64,000 bases of DNA from NCBI GenBank assembly GCA_046728175.1, contig JBKPEA010000026.1, forward strand, positions 2,203 to 66,202. The letters are read 5' to 3'. The translations under genes and the position numbers were made by a program. Below, in pieces: positions 10,229-20,257 of the stretch; the stretch's first letter is position 1; every line of letters begins with the position of its first letter. The notes under the pieces were generated by a model. That model saw only the letters and a list, made by a program, of their open reading frames with translations, was not told where the DNA came from and made no database searches. The DNA comes from Thermodesulfobacteriota bacterium. GTDB taxonomy: Bacteria; Desulfobacterota; Binatia; Binatales; Binataceae.

Positions 10229-11023
10229 GTGCATACGATGTTTCGCGACTACACCATTGTTCTCTGGCTGTTGAAGCTCGGCGGTTTGATCAATCTGTAC
10301 TTCCTGGCGAACACGCCCCTGCTTCCGCGAGCCGAGGCGGATGCGCACATCGTCCTGCCGGCGCAAATTCTCTTTGCCGTGTCAGCCTATCGATGCCTTT
10401 TCCCAGTACGTTACGAGCACAACGTGGTGTTTCACGATTCCATCTTCTCTTCGATCTTTTTGACGCGGTTGTTCGCGACATTTAGTGAAATCGCGTACAT
10501 CTTTCTCTTTTCTCACGTCCTTCGCCTGCTCAACACTGCGCGCGTGGAATGGGTGATCGCCCTTTCCTGGCTGATGGTTGCCCAGGTCGTGGTCAGCCAG
10601 GGCTTCGTGTGGGCCGCCATCCTGACTGAGCGGCTTAAGCTCTACTACTACGAGGAACTGGGCTGGGCCCTCATTTTCTTGGCGAACACGATTGCCAGCG
10701 CATACCTGTACCTGACCGTACGCGCGCCCGGGGGCCGGGCAGTTCTTCTGCAGCTGAACCTGCTTTTCGGCATGGTGTATCTGCCCTGGCAGGTCATTCA
10801 CCTGACAACCTTGCGAGCGAATGCGAGGAAGATCAGTGGGAAGGCGGGAGCCGGCTCGCCGTCGATTTTGATCGGGCTGAAGCGGGCGGTGCGGGTGAAG
10901 ACCATACGAACCGATTCGGATTCCTGGGGTGGATTTATCGGTCTGACTTGGATGACGGCTTACTGGGCAACGGTGATTCCGATGTGGGTGTACTACATCG
11001 TCCGGGTGCTTTGTCAGCGTTGA
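10229..11023 (+). CDS. Hypothetical polytopic membrane protein
   Basis: Multiple hydrophobic helices. The antisense ORF is R/P/Q-rich and spurious. Confidence 0.45.
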   Translation: MHTMFRDYTIVLWLLKLGGLINLYFLANTPLLPRAEADAHIVLPAQILFAVSAYRCLFPVRYEHNVVFHDSIFSSIFLTRLFATFSEIAYIFLFSHVLRLLNTARVEWVIALSWLMVAQVVVSQGFVWAAILTERLKLYYYEELGWALIFLANTIASAYLYLTVRAPGGRAVLLQLNLLFGMVYLPWQVIHLTTLRANARKISGKAGAGSPSILIGLKRAVRVKTIRTDSDSWGGFIGLTWMTAYWATVIPMWVYYIVRVLCQR

Positions 11024-11157
11024 ACTCGGAACCAAGGCCTGCGCACTATGGGCACCCGACCGATACCGAACTGGAAAGACCGCTGCGAGCGATTGCCGCG
11101 ATGCCCGCATCGATCTATGGTCACATGAAAGACTCCCACATTTCGAGGAGACGCATC

Positions 11158-11751
11158 ATGAGCGGTAATGCGGGCAATAGCACATCGAAAAAAATCGTTC
11201 CCGCCAAATTCGCGCATGCGGTTCTGCGCACCAACAAGTTCAAGCAGATGGTCGATTGGTACAAGACTGTGTTGCAGGCCGAGGTTGTGTTCGAGAACCA
11301 GATGCTCGCTTTCATGACCTACGACGACGAGCATCATAGGCTTGCGATCGCCGCGTTTCCGGGCATCGAGGATCGTGCGCCCCGCGCAGCCGGCCTCGAT
11401 CATCTGGCGTACACCTATGCAAACCTGGGCGACCTGGTCGCGACCTACGAGAGACTCAAGGCGGCGGGCATCACGCCGGTGGTACCGATCAATCACGGCC
11501 TGACGCTGTCGATGTACTATCGGGATCCCGACGGCAATAAGGTTGAATTGCAAATCGACAATTTCGCGACCGTTGAGGAGCTGAAGGGATTCTTTCGTAG
11601 CAATGACTTCTCGAAAAATCCCATCGGGGTAAGCTTCGATCCCGACGAACTCGCGCGCCAGTACCATGCCGGCGTTCCCGAATCCGAACTGAAGAGGTAT
11701 CGGCCTGAGAACGGACTTAATCCCAACGTTATGCGCGACATGGCAAGGTGA
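11158..11751 (+). CDS. VOC family protein (glyoxalase/extradiol dioxygenase-like)
   Basis: Start at MSGNAG with a GAGGAG ribosome-binding site at 11145-11150. The extradiol-dioxygenase/glyoxalase fold assignment is a weak motif-level call. Confidence 0.7.
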   Translation: MSGNAGNSTSKKIVPAKFAHAVLRTNKFKQMVDWYKTVLQAEVVFENQMLAFMTYDDEHHRLAIAAFPGIEDRAPRAAGLDHLAYTYANLGDLVATYERLKAAGITPVVPINHGLTLSMYYRDPDGNKVELQIDNFATVEELKGFFRSNDFSKNPIGVSFDPDELARQYHAGVPESELKRYRPENGLNPNVMRDMAR

Positions 11752-12138
11752 CCGAAGGCACACTCCCGGCCGCTGGCAGGACGGGTCGCTCGCGCTTGCA
11801 ATGGAGGCAGCAATTCAGCCCCGGAAGGCTCCCTTCAACAAACCGCACCTCGAAACGGCGGCGAACTAAATTTGGGAGTCTCGTCGACCTGTCGGCAGTC
11901 TTTTTAACCAAACCTGGCTCGCGATGAGGCCGAAAGGTCCGGCTAGCTGGCTGTGGTTGCCGGGCGATGCGCTCTCGTTGCACCTCAGCCTAGATGGGCC
12001 GCAACGTCACGTGTCGAGGCGAGGGCCCCCAACGGCCACCCTGGCCGTACTGCCAAGCAGATGCTGAAGGCTGGATGGCTGCGGGTCCCTCGGCCTGATC
12101 GCAGTTCGGCGCAGCGCACGTGATCGTTGGGCGCTGGC

Positions 12139-12214
12139 GAATTGTGAAGTATAAGGAACTTATGCTATCTTAGCCTCAATAGATAAGATTCCTAAGTTCC
12201 CTATAAATCCACAC
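12139..12214. promoter_or_regulatory. AT-rich promoter/operator region with an inverted repeat (ggaactta…taagttcc) and 'tataaat' 7 bp before the ATG. Likely a leaderless start.
   Basis: The arms at 12155-12162 and 12193-12200 are reverse complements, with nested cttat/ataag and tatct/agata. No Shine-Dalgarno sequence precedes ATG 12215. Confidence 0.45.
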
Positions 12215-13387
12215 ATGGATCCTCGCAGGAACCCTTACGCGCCTGGCGCCGGAACGCCACCGCCCGAGCTGGCTGGTCGAGACGATCTGCTCGAGCGCGC
12301 CGCAATCGCGCTGGATAGGATTCGCGCAGGTCGAGCTGCGCGCAGTCTGATTCTCCACGGGTTGCGGGGCGTCGGAAAGACCGTACTGCTGAATCGAATA
12401 GAAACCGACGCCGAGGCACGGGGTCTCGCGTGCGTGAGGGTCGAGGCCCCCGAGGATAGGTCGTTGCCTGCCCTTTTAACCCCGGTTCTGCGCGTTGCCC
12501 TGCTGCGTCTCGATCGCGGCAAACGGAGGCGGGCCAACCTCGCAAGAGCGGGCAGGGCGCTTGCCGGATTCGCGAAAGCTCTCAAGGTCAAGTATCGGGA
12601 CATCGAGGTCAGCACGGACTTCGAACCGGAGCGGGGCCTTGCCGACAGCGGAGATCTCGATACCGATCTGACCGATCTCCTTGCTTCCGTTGGCGCCGCG
12701 GCGCGTGAGTACCACACCGGTGTTGTGCTGTTCATCGATGAACTTCAATACGTGCACGAGGACCAACTCGCGTCTTTGATCAGAGCTCTGCACAGCGCGA
12801 GCCAGCGTCAGCTTCCGATGACGATGCTTGCGGCCGGCCTGCCGCAGTTGATTGGTCAGATGGGTCGCGCGAAGTCGTACGCGGAAAGGCTTTTTGAGTT
12901 CGTCCTGATCGATCGCTTGGATGACAACTCCGCGCGGGCTGCGCTATCGATTCCGGCAGAAAAAGAGGGGGTTGCTTTCGCGCCCGAGGCGATCGCCGAA
13001 ATTCTACGTCATACGATGGGATACCCCTATTTTCTCCAGGAATGGGGGAGACACGCCTGGAATGTCGCGCAGACCTCACCGATATCGCGAGCGGACGCTC
13101 GGCGCGCGACCATCTTGGCTCTCGCCGAGTTGGACGCCGGTTTTTTCCGGGTTCGCTTCGATAGGCTGACGCCCACGGAAAAGCACTATCTACGTGCGAT
13201 GGCAGAGCTCGGTCCCGGACCCCATCGCTCCGGAGATATTGCGGAACGACTCGGGAAAAGCGTAACCAGCGTAGCGCCAGTGCGGAGTGAGCTGATTGCC
13301 AAAGGCATGATCTACAGCCCGGCCCATGGAGATACCGCGTTCACGGTCCCGCTCTTCGACGGGTTCATGAAGAGAATCGTGTCGTGA
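12215..13387 (+). CDS. AAA+ ATPase (Arch_ATPase/ATPase_2-like) with C-terminal winged-helix domain
   Basis: Walker A 'GLRGVGKT', Walker B 'VVLFIDELQY', and an N-terminal 'ELAGRDDLLERAAIAL' motif typical of this family. C-terminal wHTH-like region. Isolated between long non-coding stretches. Confidence 0.7.
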   Translation: MDPRRNPYAPGAGTPPPELAGRDDLLERAAIALDRIRAGRAARSLILHGLRGVGKTVLLNRIETDAEARGLACVRVEAPEDRSLPALLTPVLRVALLRLDRGKRRRANLARAGRALAGFAKALKVKYRDIEVSTDFEPERGLADSGDLDTDLTDLLASVGAAAREYHTGVVLFIDELQYVHEDQLASLIRALHSASQRQLPMTMLAAGLPQLIGQMGRAKSYAERLFEFVLIDRLDDNSARAALSIPAEKEGVAFAPEAIAEILRHTMGYPYFLQEWGRHAWNVAQTSPISRADARRATILALAELDAGFFRVRFDRLTPTEKHYLRAMAELGPGPHRSGDIAERLGKSVTSVAPVRSELIAKGMIYSPAHGDTAFTVPLFDGFMKRIVS

Positions 13388-13784
13388 CCCCGCAAATAGG
13401 CAGCGGCGCCTGAAACTGGACCGCATCGTGCTTTTTGCCGGTACAGATTTTTCCCGGGATGATCACTTCAGTTGTAATGAAACGGAGTAGCTAGGTCGAG
13501 TCGGTAGAACACAGACTGTTATCAGATGTCACTTAATAAGTAGCGTGAAACCGGGGGGTGAGGTTTGCCAATCAGTGGAGACCCGGACGTCTAGCGGTTG
13601 ACTACGGCTTTCAAGGGAGCTGCAGGCGCACTAGTACGCCAATCCTGATAGAGCTTGCGAACTTCCTCGCAGGTGAGGGGACTAGTGTTGGCTTGTGAAA
13701 GACGGAGCCGAAACTCCCCCCCGATGGTCCTGAGAACCGCTGATCGCCGCGACCTGGATTCATCGCCAGCGAGGAGCGACTGTT

Positions 13785-14927
13785 TTAGGTCGTAAAGCGG
13801 TAAAGGCTGGCCGCGTTGGCGCATACGATCTTGTGCCGGCTTGTGGGGGGCAGGTGACCCAGTTCGCGCTGGATGTACTCCTGGGAGTCCGGCCAGATGC
13901 CGTCAGGGTGAGGGAAATCGGAGCCCCACATGATGTTGTTCTCGCCGATCTCGTCGAGCATCTTGATCCCGATGCGATCGGACTGGTAGGTCGCGTAGCA
14001 CTGGCGACGCCAGTACTCGCTTGGTTTCATTTTGAGATCCAGGTCGTGGAACTGATCCTCCCATTCGAGGTCCATGTGGTCGAGGACGTAGGGGAGCCAT
14101 CCAATGCCGCTCTCGCCGATGACCATCCTCATACCCGGATGATGCTCCAGGACGCCGCCGAAGATCACCGCCATCAGCGGTAGCGCCATGTACATCTGAA
14201 AGCTGCTGATCATCGTAGCAAAGGCCGCCCGTCCGACCTTGGGTGCCAGCTTGCTCAGGTCGGGCAGCGAGCCGCCAATGGTGTGAAGATGGATCGGAAG
14301 GTTCGCTTCCTCCGCGACAGCCCACAGCGGCTCCCAGCCCGGGTCCCAAAACGGCTGAAGGTCGGGGCGATTGGCGATATCGAGTCCCCGCAACACTCCA
14401 GTCTTCGCGACACGGCGGGCTTCCGCCACCGCGGCATCGACGTTGTGGCTGGGTATAGAGGCCAGGCCTGCATAGCGATCCGGATGGGCGCGGCAGAAGT
14501 CGGCCAGCCACTCATTGTAGATGCGCAGCATCTCGGTGGCCGCTTCGTCATCGTTGAGGCGCATGCTCGCGCCCAAGACGCCATAGAGTACTTCCGCCTG
14601 GACGCCATCGCGCTCCTGGTCCTTAAGGCGGAGTTCGGGATCGGTTAGGCGCCGGATTCCCTTGCGGCCATCGTCGTACAGGCCAGTCGAAGCCATCCGA
14701 TCGGAACGATGGATCTGACCGGGAACGTATTCGCGTCCCGCGGAACCCATCCCGTTCATCAAGCCGAACTTCGCGCCGTTCTTTGCCACCCAGGCCTTCC
14801 CCCGGCGCGTGTCAGTAACAAAGGGCATCCGCTCTTTAAGGTCTGCACGTGAATTTGAGGTGAAAAGGTCGGGCGGCAGCCAGATCAGATCGATATGACA
14901 ATCGGCGGAGATGAATTCGTACTTCAT
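13785..14927 (-). CDS. Amidohydrolase-2 (PF04909) family metal-dependent hydrolase
   Basis: 'MKYEFISADCHIDL…' HxH-type start and 'GSDFPHPDG' at the C-terminus. Start trimmed to MKYEF with a GAGGGG ribosome-binding site. Confidence 0.8.
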   Translation of the reverse strand: MKYEFISADCHIDLIWLPPDLFTSNSRADLKERMPFVTDTRRGKAWVAKNGAKFGLMNGMGSAGREYVPGQIHRSDRMASTGLYDDGRKGIRRLTDPELRLKDQERDGVQAEVLYGVLGASMRLNDDEAATEMLRIYNEWLADFCRAHPDRYAGLASIPSHNVDAAVAEARRVAKTGVLRGLDIANRPDLQPFWDPGWEPLWAVAEEANLPIHLHTIGGSLPDLSKLAPKVGRAAFATMISSFQMYMALPLMAVIFGGVLEHHPGMRMVIGESGIGWLPYVLDHMDLEWEDQFHDLDLKMKPSEYWRRQCYATYQSDRIGIKMLDEIGENNIMWGSDFPHPDGIWPDSQEYIQRELGHLPPTSRHKIVCANAASLYRFTT

Positions 14928-15378
14928 CGGCGGTCCCCTCAGCAGTGAATCAGCGACTAATACTACTCGATCGTTGCCTGAATTGCGCCGGTCGCGAGAT
15001 GCCCACGCACATCGGCGGGCAGGCTGCCGGCAAGGCGGGATGACAGAGATTTGCGAGCGGTGGTCGCGAGCCCGACCGGAGGCGGAAAGATATGGACCCG
15101 AGGTCGTGCAGCGAGCCACAAAGGGCCGCGGTTTGTGGTGAAGGCCTAGCGAAGATAGGTAGCAGTTCGTGGACGGGTACTTGCCGCTTTGGAAAACCCT
15201 GACCTGTTGATCCTGACGAGCGCATCTTCCCGCGGAGGTACACGGCTCCTGGCACTTGAAAAGCGCGTACGGCTGAACGCGATCATGGTGCCGCGTTGCT
15301 CATCGCGCCGGTGGTGAAAAAATCACGGGTTACCGCACCCATATTGACTTACCAACATTCGCGCTCCGGGTTTTCAAT

Positions 15379-16288
15379 TCAGGGTAGATAGCACATCGTC
15401 GCGAAGCCGGTTTGCAGGTCAGTACGCGCTGCTCCGACCACGAATTGACGCCGGAAGGGATAGATCGCGACGCGCGCTTCAGGGACCGCGCGGTCGCGAT
15501 AGGCCAGCCAGAAGAGGACATTTTGAAATAGCTGACTGTCGCGGCTGTAGGTATCGACGTAAGGAGCGAACCAGGTTTCCGAATTGACGTAGATTACGGA
15601 CTTGGCCTGAAGAGCCTGCCTGAGACGCGAAGGGCGTGGCGTTGCCTCGACTGCGTAGAGATGGCGCGATTCCCAGGCTTCGGGGCATGCGCTGCCGCCG
15701 CCGTCGGTGGCATTGAATCTCCGTGGAATTTTCGCCGTGCACCACAGCAAGCATGTTGTTCTCGCCCAGAAAGCGATAATCGTACTCTTCAGTCTTGGGA
15801 TTGAAGCCCGAATAGTGATCCGGTCGAAAGCCTGAGCGCCGACCGCGGTGCCGAGGAAGCCCTCGTTGAGACGGCGCAATCTGCGCGTCCCGGGATTCCA
15901 ACTCCATGCACCGTCGGCCCTCGCGGGGTCCGCATGACGATAGCGCAGGATGCCGTTGCCGCGGTCGACGGCGGGTGCCAGTTCCGGGTAGAGAGCGAAA
16001 GCCCACAACCTTCCGCTGATCTTGAAATCTGGATCGACCGGCAGCGGGTTTACTTCAGTTTCGGCCAACGAGGCTATACCCCGCATAGTGGCCGATCTGG
16101 ATATATTGAATGACGTTGACCGGCGCACCGGGTCCGGTCTGCACGCTCTCGCAATCGAAAAAACGCAAGTCGTAATCGTCGCTCGCGATCGGACGGGCCT
16201 TGGGTGGCCCCGCGTCGACCATGACGCAATGCGATGTTGAGCGGCAGCGGAACTGTAGGGCACCGTGTATCGCACGAAAGTCAGCCAA
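15379..16288 (-). pseudogene. DUF1329-like (outer-membrane lipoprotein-sorting-like) gene, frameshifted
   Basis: Protein-like segments occur in three minus-strand frames ('WSWNPGTRRLRRL', 'FRPDHYSGFNPKTEEYDYRFLGENNMLAVVHGE', 'YDLRFFDCESVQTG'). The family assignment is from memory of a 'WNPG.RRVRR' motif and is uncertain. Confidence 0.35.
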
Positions 16289-16351
16289 ACAACGCTGGGG
16301 GCGGGTAGGTATTCCGGGAACTTGACAGCGTCTCGAAGTCCTAACTGATTT

Positions 16352-16606
16352 CTAGGCGGTTCTTCCGATCAGTGCGTGGTATACGACCAGGACGATGACC
16401 GACCCGATAATGGCGACGAATATGCTCCACAGATCAATACCGGTGACACCTGTAGAACCTAGCGCCGAAAAGATTGCACCACCGACCAGTCCCCCGATTA
16501 CTCCCAAGATGATGTCACGGACCAGGCCTTCGCCACTCTTGTTGACTATTTTGCTCCCGATAAACCCCGCGATCAGACCAACGACCAGCCATGCGACGAT
16601 TCCCAT
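16352..16606 (-). CDS. GlsB/YeaQ/YmgE family transglycosylase-associated membrane protein
   Basis: About 85 aa starting 'MGIVAWLVVGLIAGFIGSKIV…'. AAGGAG ribosome-binding site upstream. Confidence 0.7.
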   Translation of the reverse strand: MGIVAWLVVGLIAGFIGSKIVNKSGEGLVRDIILGVIGGLVGGAIFSALGSTGVTGIDLWSIFVAIIGSVIVLVVYHALIGRTA

Positions 16607-17192
16607 TTGTCTGCTCCTTGTTCGGAGTTGTGTGCATTCAACGCAGTGGGCGCGTGCCATCTGACTCACGCGTCTGACCCGTCGCCCATGGAAGCGCGCG
16701 ATAGCACTTAAATCCAATTGAACCTTGCCAAAGTGGTACTCACTGAGAAGAAACATCCGTCCACCAGAAAGTAGGCGGTCACCAAGGTGGACGACACCAG
16801 CAAAGAGAGAAATACTGGGCGGGTGTGCACAAGTTTCATAGATTTCGCTCCGGTCTCGCTGGTCAAGGTGTTGTTTGGAACCCGTCTCGCACGATCGGCT
16901 GGCTTATCTCCCGCGACGGCAATTGCCTAATTAGAGTCGACAATACATTCATGGATCGGGAATCGGACTCAAAGCAAAGGTAAAGCTGTAATGGTCACTT
17001 GGTGTCCATCTTTGCGAAAGCCGAGAAACTCGCTCGAGCTCGGCTTGATAACCCAAGTGACAATCCCTCCTTGATCACTGGGACGTGCCTGCCTGCAGGC
17101 TTACCCTTGTCACGGAATCAAGTAAAGATCGAAGCGCGCGGGTTTCGTGTTGTGTGAGATGCCTGCGAACGCTTGCTTCCTGAAAGAAGCAC

Positions 17193-17615
17193 TTAGCCTT
17201 GGCGTGGCGAAGCCGCATTGGTCATGCCTGGCATGGTGGTTCCCGCGGTGAAGCCGCTCTCAAAAAACAGCTCAAAGAGCTTGCCCTCGCCAAAGAGATT
17301 CGAGATCTCCCAAATCGCAAACATTGGGATGAACGCAATGAACATCACGAGGATTCTTGCCGCGAGGTCCGCTCCATCCTTGGCCGCGAGGTTTCCAACA
17401 ATCGCGGCAATATTCTCCCTGTGAATGGAGCCTTTGACAAAGTGTTCCGCGAAGACCAACACCAGTACGCTGAACGAGACGGTTCGGTATAAGTGGGAAC
17501 GATCAGGGGTTAGCCGTGAAACCGATTCGCCCAGGTGAAAGATCTCACCGAGCAGGATGACCTTGCCCAGCACCAAAGACTCGACCAGGGCGGTATCCAT
17601 ACCGAAAATAATCAA
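17193..17615 (-). CDS. Hypothetical protein (140 aa, TTG start)
   Basis: ORF sits downstream of a GGAGGTGA Shine-Dalgarno sequence. No recognised family. Confidence 0.35.
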   Translation of the reverse strand: MIIFGMDTALVESLVLGKVILLGEIFHLGESVSRLTPDRSHLYRTVSFSVLVLVFAEHFVKGSIHRENIAAIVGNLAAKDGADLAARILVMFIAFIPMFAIWEISNLFGEGKLFELFFESGFTAGTTMPGMTNAASPRQG

Positions 17616-17633
17616 TCTGATGTTCAGAGAGAA

Positions 17634-17729
17634 TCACCTCCGGTAAGTCGCAAAAGCGCCGCAGAAGAAGAACAGGAATGCTGCAACGAGCGCGAACTTT
17701 CGCATTTCCACTAGAAATTTCTGCCACAT
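17634..17729 (-). CDS. Small hydrophobic peptide (31 aa) 'MWQKFLVEMRKFALVAAFLFFFCGAFATYRR'
   Basis: Strong AAGGAGAG ribosome-binding site 6 nt upstream of the ATG. Its stop codon lies inside the Shine-Dalgarno sequence of the next gene. Confidence 0.3.
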   Translation of the reverse strand: MWQKFLVEMRKFALVAAFLFFFCGAFATYRR

Positions 17730-17954
17730 GAGACTCTCCTTGCCAGCGGCAGTGGGCGAGTGACCCGCTTGTTCTTGCCAACGCCCGCGACCTCTCCGCG
17801 CCGCTTGCGATGACTGATTGCAGCTAGTAACCAAACCGACGGCAAAGCACAACTCGCAGCGGATTCGAGGGCTTGGTTTTTTGCCTTTACAATGGAAATC
17901 TAGGACGCCGTGTCGGGCCCTGGCGGGTTTCCGACCAAAAAAACAAGGCGGAAA

Positions 17955-19205
17955 ATGAACAGTCAGAGCCGACTCTTTTGTAGTACCCCCCTTATTCTCA
18001 TTTTGCTCTTGGTAACTGCCGGGACAGGACTGGCCGCACAATTTGAAAAGCCACCGACCCTCCCTGCCCGGAACTTGGTGCCCGCAAGTCTACTTTCCGG
18101 CGGCGGGTTCCACGTGAATGAGCGGGTCCCGACGGACGGTCTAATGGCGCACTTCACAATCCAAAGCGACGTGGGAACTTTTCCAGCCAACAGCATTGAG
18201 ATGCTCAGGGTTCGCGTCGCCGAAATTCCCGCCATCCAACAGCTTGTGAAGACCAGCAAGACCCAGGTGTTTGCGCAATCGCTGGCGGAGAATGCGGCGC
18301 GCCCGGTCCAGGCGGCAGGCCAGATGGTAATGAATCCGGTCGAGACCATTCAGGGACTTCCGTCCGGGGTGGGGCGTTTTTTTGGCCGGGTGGGTCTGGG
18401 TGCCCAAAAGATCGAAGAGGCAGCCACGCAACCGGAAAGCAACAGGCAAGGGGTTGAGGCCGCCGGGCAGGCCACCAGAGCTGCATTTGGCTATGAACAG
18501 GAGAGGAGAGGGCTCGCCAAGAAACTTAACGTGGACCCGTATACGACGAATCCAGTCCTTTCCAAGCAACTTGATGACTTTGCCCTGACCGCCTTCCGAG
18601 CACACGTCGCCGTGACCACCTCGATGTCGGTCTTCATTCCCGGCTCGATGGCAATCACCGCTACCAGGGTGGTCGCCCAGTGGGTGTGGGACAAGCCCAA
18701 GGCGGACCTCATCTTGCAGAATCACCAGGCCCTGCAAGCGCTCGGCGTTTCGGAGACGCAAATCAAAGCTTTCGAGAGTAACCGCGTTTTTCCGTTGAGC
18801 GTGCAGACTGCCTTTGTTGCAAATCTCGGCAAGTTGTCGGGTGTTCCTGGGCGAGCACAGGGGGTCGCGCTGGCCAGCACCGCTCAGTCCGAAGCACAGG
18901 CGCGCTTTCTGACAGATTCGGTCGGTATGCTGGCTCGCTACCACCAGACGCAAACCCCGATTGCCAAACTGCTCGTCCGGAAAGCGATCATTGGTCAAGA
19001 TCGCAACGGCGCGATCGTGGCGCAAGCGCCGGTTGACTACGTGTCGTGGATCCAGGATGTGTCGTATTTCGCCAATCGTCCCGACCTGCGGTCGCGCCGT
19101 CGCACCCTCTGGGTCACAGGGCAGTTCTCGCCGCTCGCGAGAAAAAATTTCGAAACTCTGGGCTGGGTCGTTTACGAAAAGACCGATCCGATACCGGAGA
19201 CCTAA
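17955..19205 (+). CDS. Hypothetical secreted protein (416 aa) with N-terminal signal peptide
   Basis: 'MNSQSRLFCSTPLILILLLVTAGTGLAAQ' is a signal peptide. No recognised domain. Confidence 0.45.
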   Translation: MNSQSRLFCSTPLILILLLVTAGTGLAAQFEKPPTLPARNLVPASLLSGGGFHVNERVPTDGLMAHFTIQSDVGTFPANSIEMLRVRVAEIPAIQQLVKTSKTQVFAQSLAENAARPVQAAGQMVMNPVETIQGLPSGVGRFFGRVGLGAQKIEEAATQPESNRQGVEAAGQATRAAFGYEQERRGLAKKLNVDPYTTNPVLSKQLDDFALTAFRAHVAVTTSMSVFIPGSMAITATRVVAQWVWDKPKADLILQNHQALQALGVSETQIKAFESNRVFPLSVQTAFVANLGKLSGVPGRAQGVALASTAQSEAQARFLTDSVGMLARYHQTQTPIAKLLVRKAIIGQDRNGAIVAQAPVDYVSWIQDVSYFANRPDLRSRRRTLWVTGQFSPLARKNFETLGWVVYEKTDPIPET

Positions 19206-19680
19206 GCTCCATGAGGCTTGACTATCTTCGATGATTGAGCGGTTCGGTGCGGTAGCGTGGCAGCGGGCTACGGTCTGGTCCGCGCGCCCCGCAGTGATCT
19301 CCTCTCCCGTGCTGCTCAGTCAACGGTCCCCCACCTAAGGAGCCTGCACTGTATAAAACGGCGATCAACCTCGTTATTCGTTCGGGTGGCCTGCCCGAGA
19401 CCGGCGCCCCGCGTGGCGCTGGTGTTCTCGACGCAGGTTTGCGCAATCGCCGTTAGCGGAGCTGCCCTTCAGTGACGGTGCCAGCGAATTTTTGTAAGCG
19501 GATAGTGCGTGCGCGGACCTGCTTAGGACTATCGCTCGTCTTCTGGCGTGCATAGAACTGTCGGCTTGTGGTCTCAGTGCGGAGCAGAGATCGGCAACCA
19601 TCACACTCGGCCACGCGCTTGATGATCATGGTCAGCTGCTAGTTGAAGAGAGCACCTATATTCGATCCGAAGTTAAGGCG

Positions 19681-20257
19681 ATGCGCGCTGACGATGAGCT
19701 GCCGAATTCGCAATCGGCGAGCCTCTTCAATCAGGGAGCATATGAGAACCTCGCCGCGGGAGTGGAGGAGCCAAAAATCGAACACCTTGTACAAATCGGC
19801 GGAGCAGCCAGCAAGTTCGGCAAATCGGTCGCCCAGGTCGCCGACATCACCTCGTCGACCGCCAGTGAGCAGGAACTCTCTGCCGCGACGCGACAACTTG
19901 CATTGACCGCTGGCGAGATCAGCAAGGCGGCGGGTGGAGCGTCGCTGGGTGGTGCGGCAGCAGTAAACTTTATAACCGTTCATTTCTCTAGAGCAGTATC
20001 GGAAGCGGTACCTCGAACACGCCCTTCCGGATGCCGAGCCAGTGGTCCGCAAGGCGAAGGAAGACCTCGCCGCCGCCTTCGATTCAACAAATCCGGGCTC
20101 GTTGCTGGGGTATTTTCCGCAGCGACCTCAGCTCGCAGCGATGCTGGAAGCGACACAAGGTTCTGCAGACCGACGAACACTCACAGCGAGCGATCACGAG
20201 CTCGTCGCTAACAGTCACCGGGTGGTAGCGCGCAATCGCGATCACTCAGATACGTGA
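19681..20257 (+). pseudogene. Hypothetical gene with a probable +1 frameshift near 19970-19990
   Basis: Frame-1 ORF 19681-20211 is protein-like for about 100 aa then degenerates into an R-rich sequence. Frame-2 ORF (to 20257) is protein-like from about 19976 ('EQYRKRYLEHALPDAEPVVRKAKEDL…'). The locus has lower GC. Confidence 0.25.

Noticed and set aside
10382-11763. 242-aa and 249-aa minus-strand ORFs
   Set aside because: Antisense to the membrane protein and VOC genes. R/P/Q-rich.
13591-13824. 77-aa minus-strand ORF in the gap after the ATPase
   Set aside because: Overlaps the 3' end of the amidohydrolase gene in another frame. No ribosome-binding site or recognisable motif.
16708-16839. 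43-aa hydrophobic small ORF (MKLVHTRPVFLSLLVSSTLVTAYFLVDGCFF…) upstream of the YeaQ-family gene
   Set aside because: No ribosome-binding site. It overlaps the spurious N-terminal extension of the YeaQ ORF and is too short to evaluate.
18141-19025. 294-aa minus-strand ORF
   Set aside because: Antisense to the signal-peptide protein 17955-19205. Arg/His-rich low-complexity.
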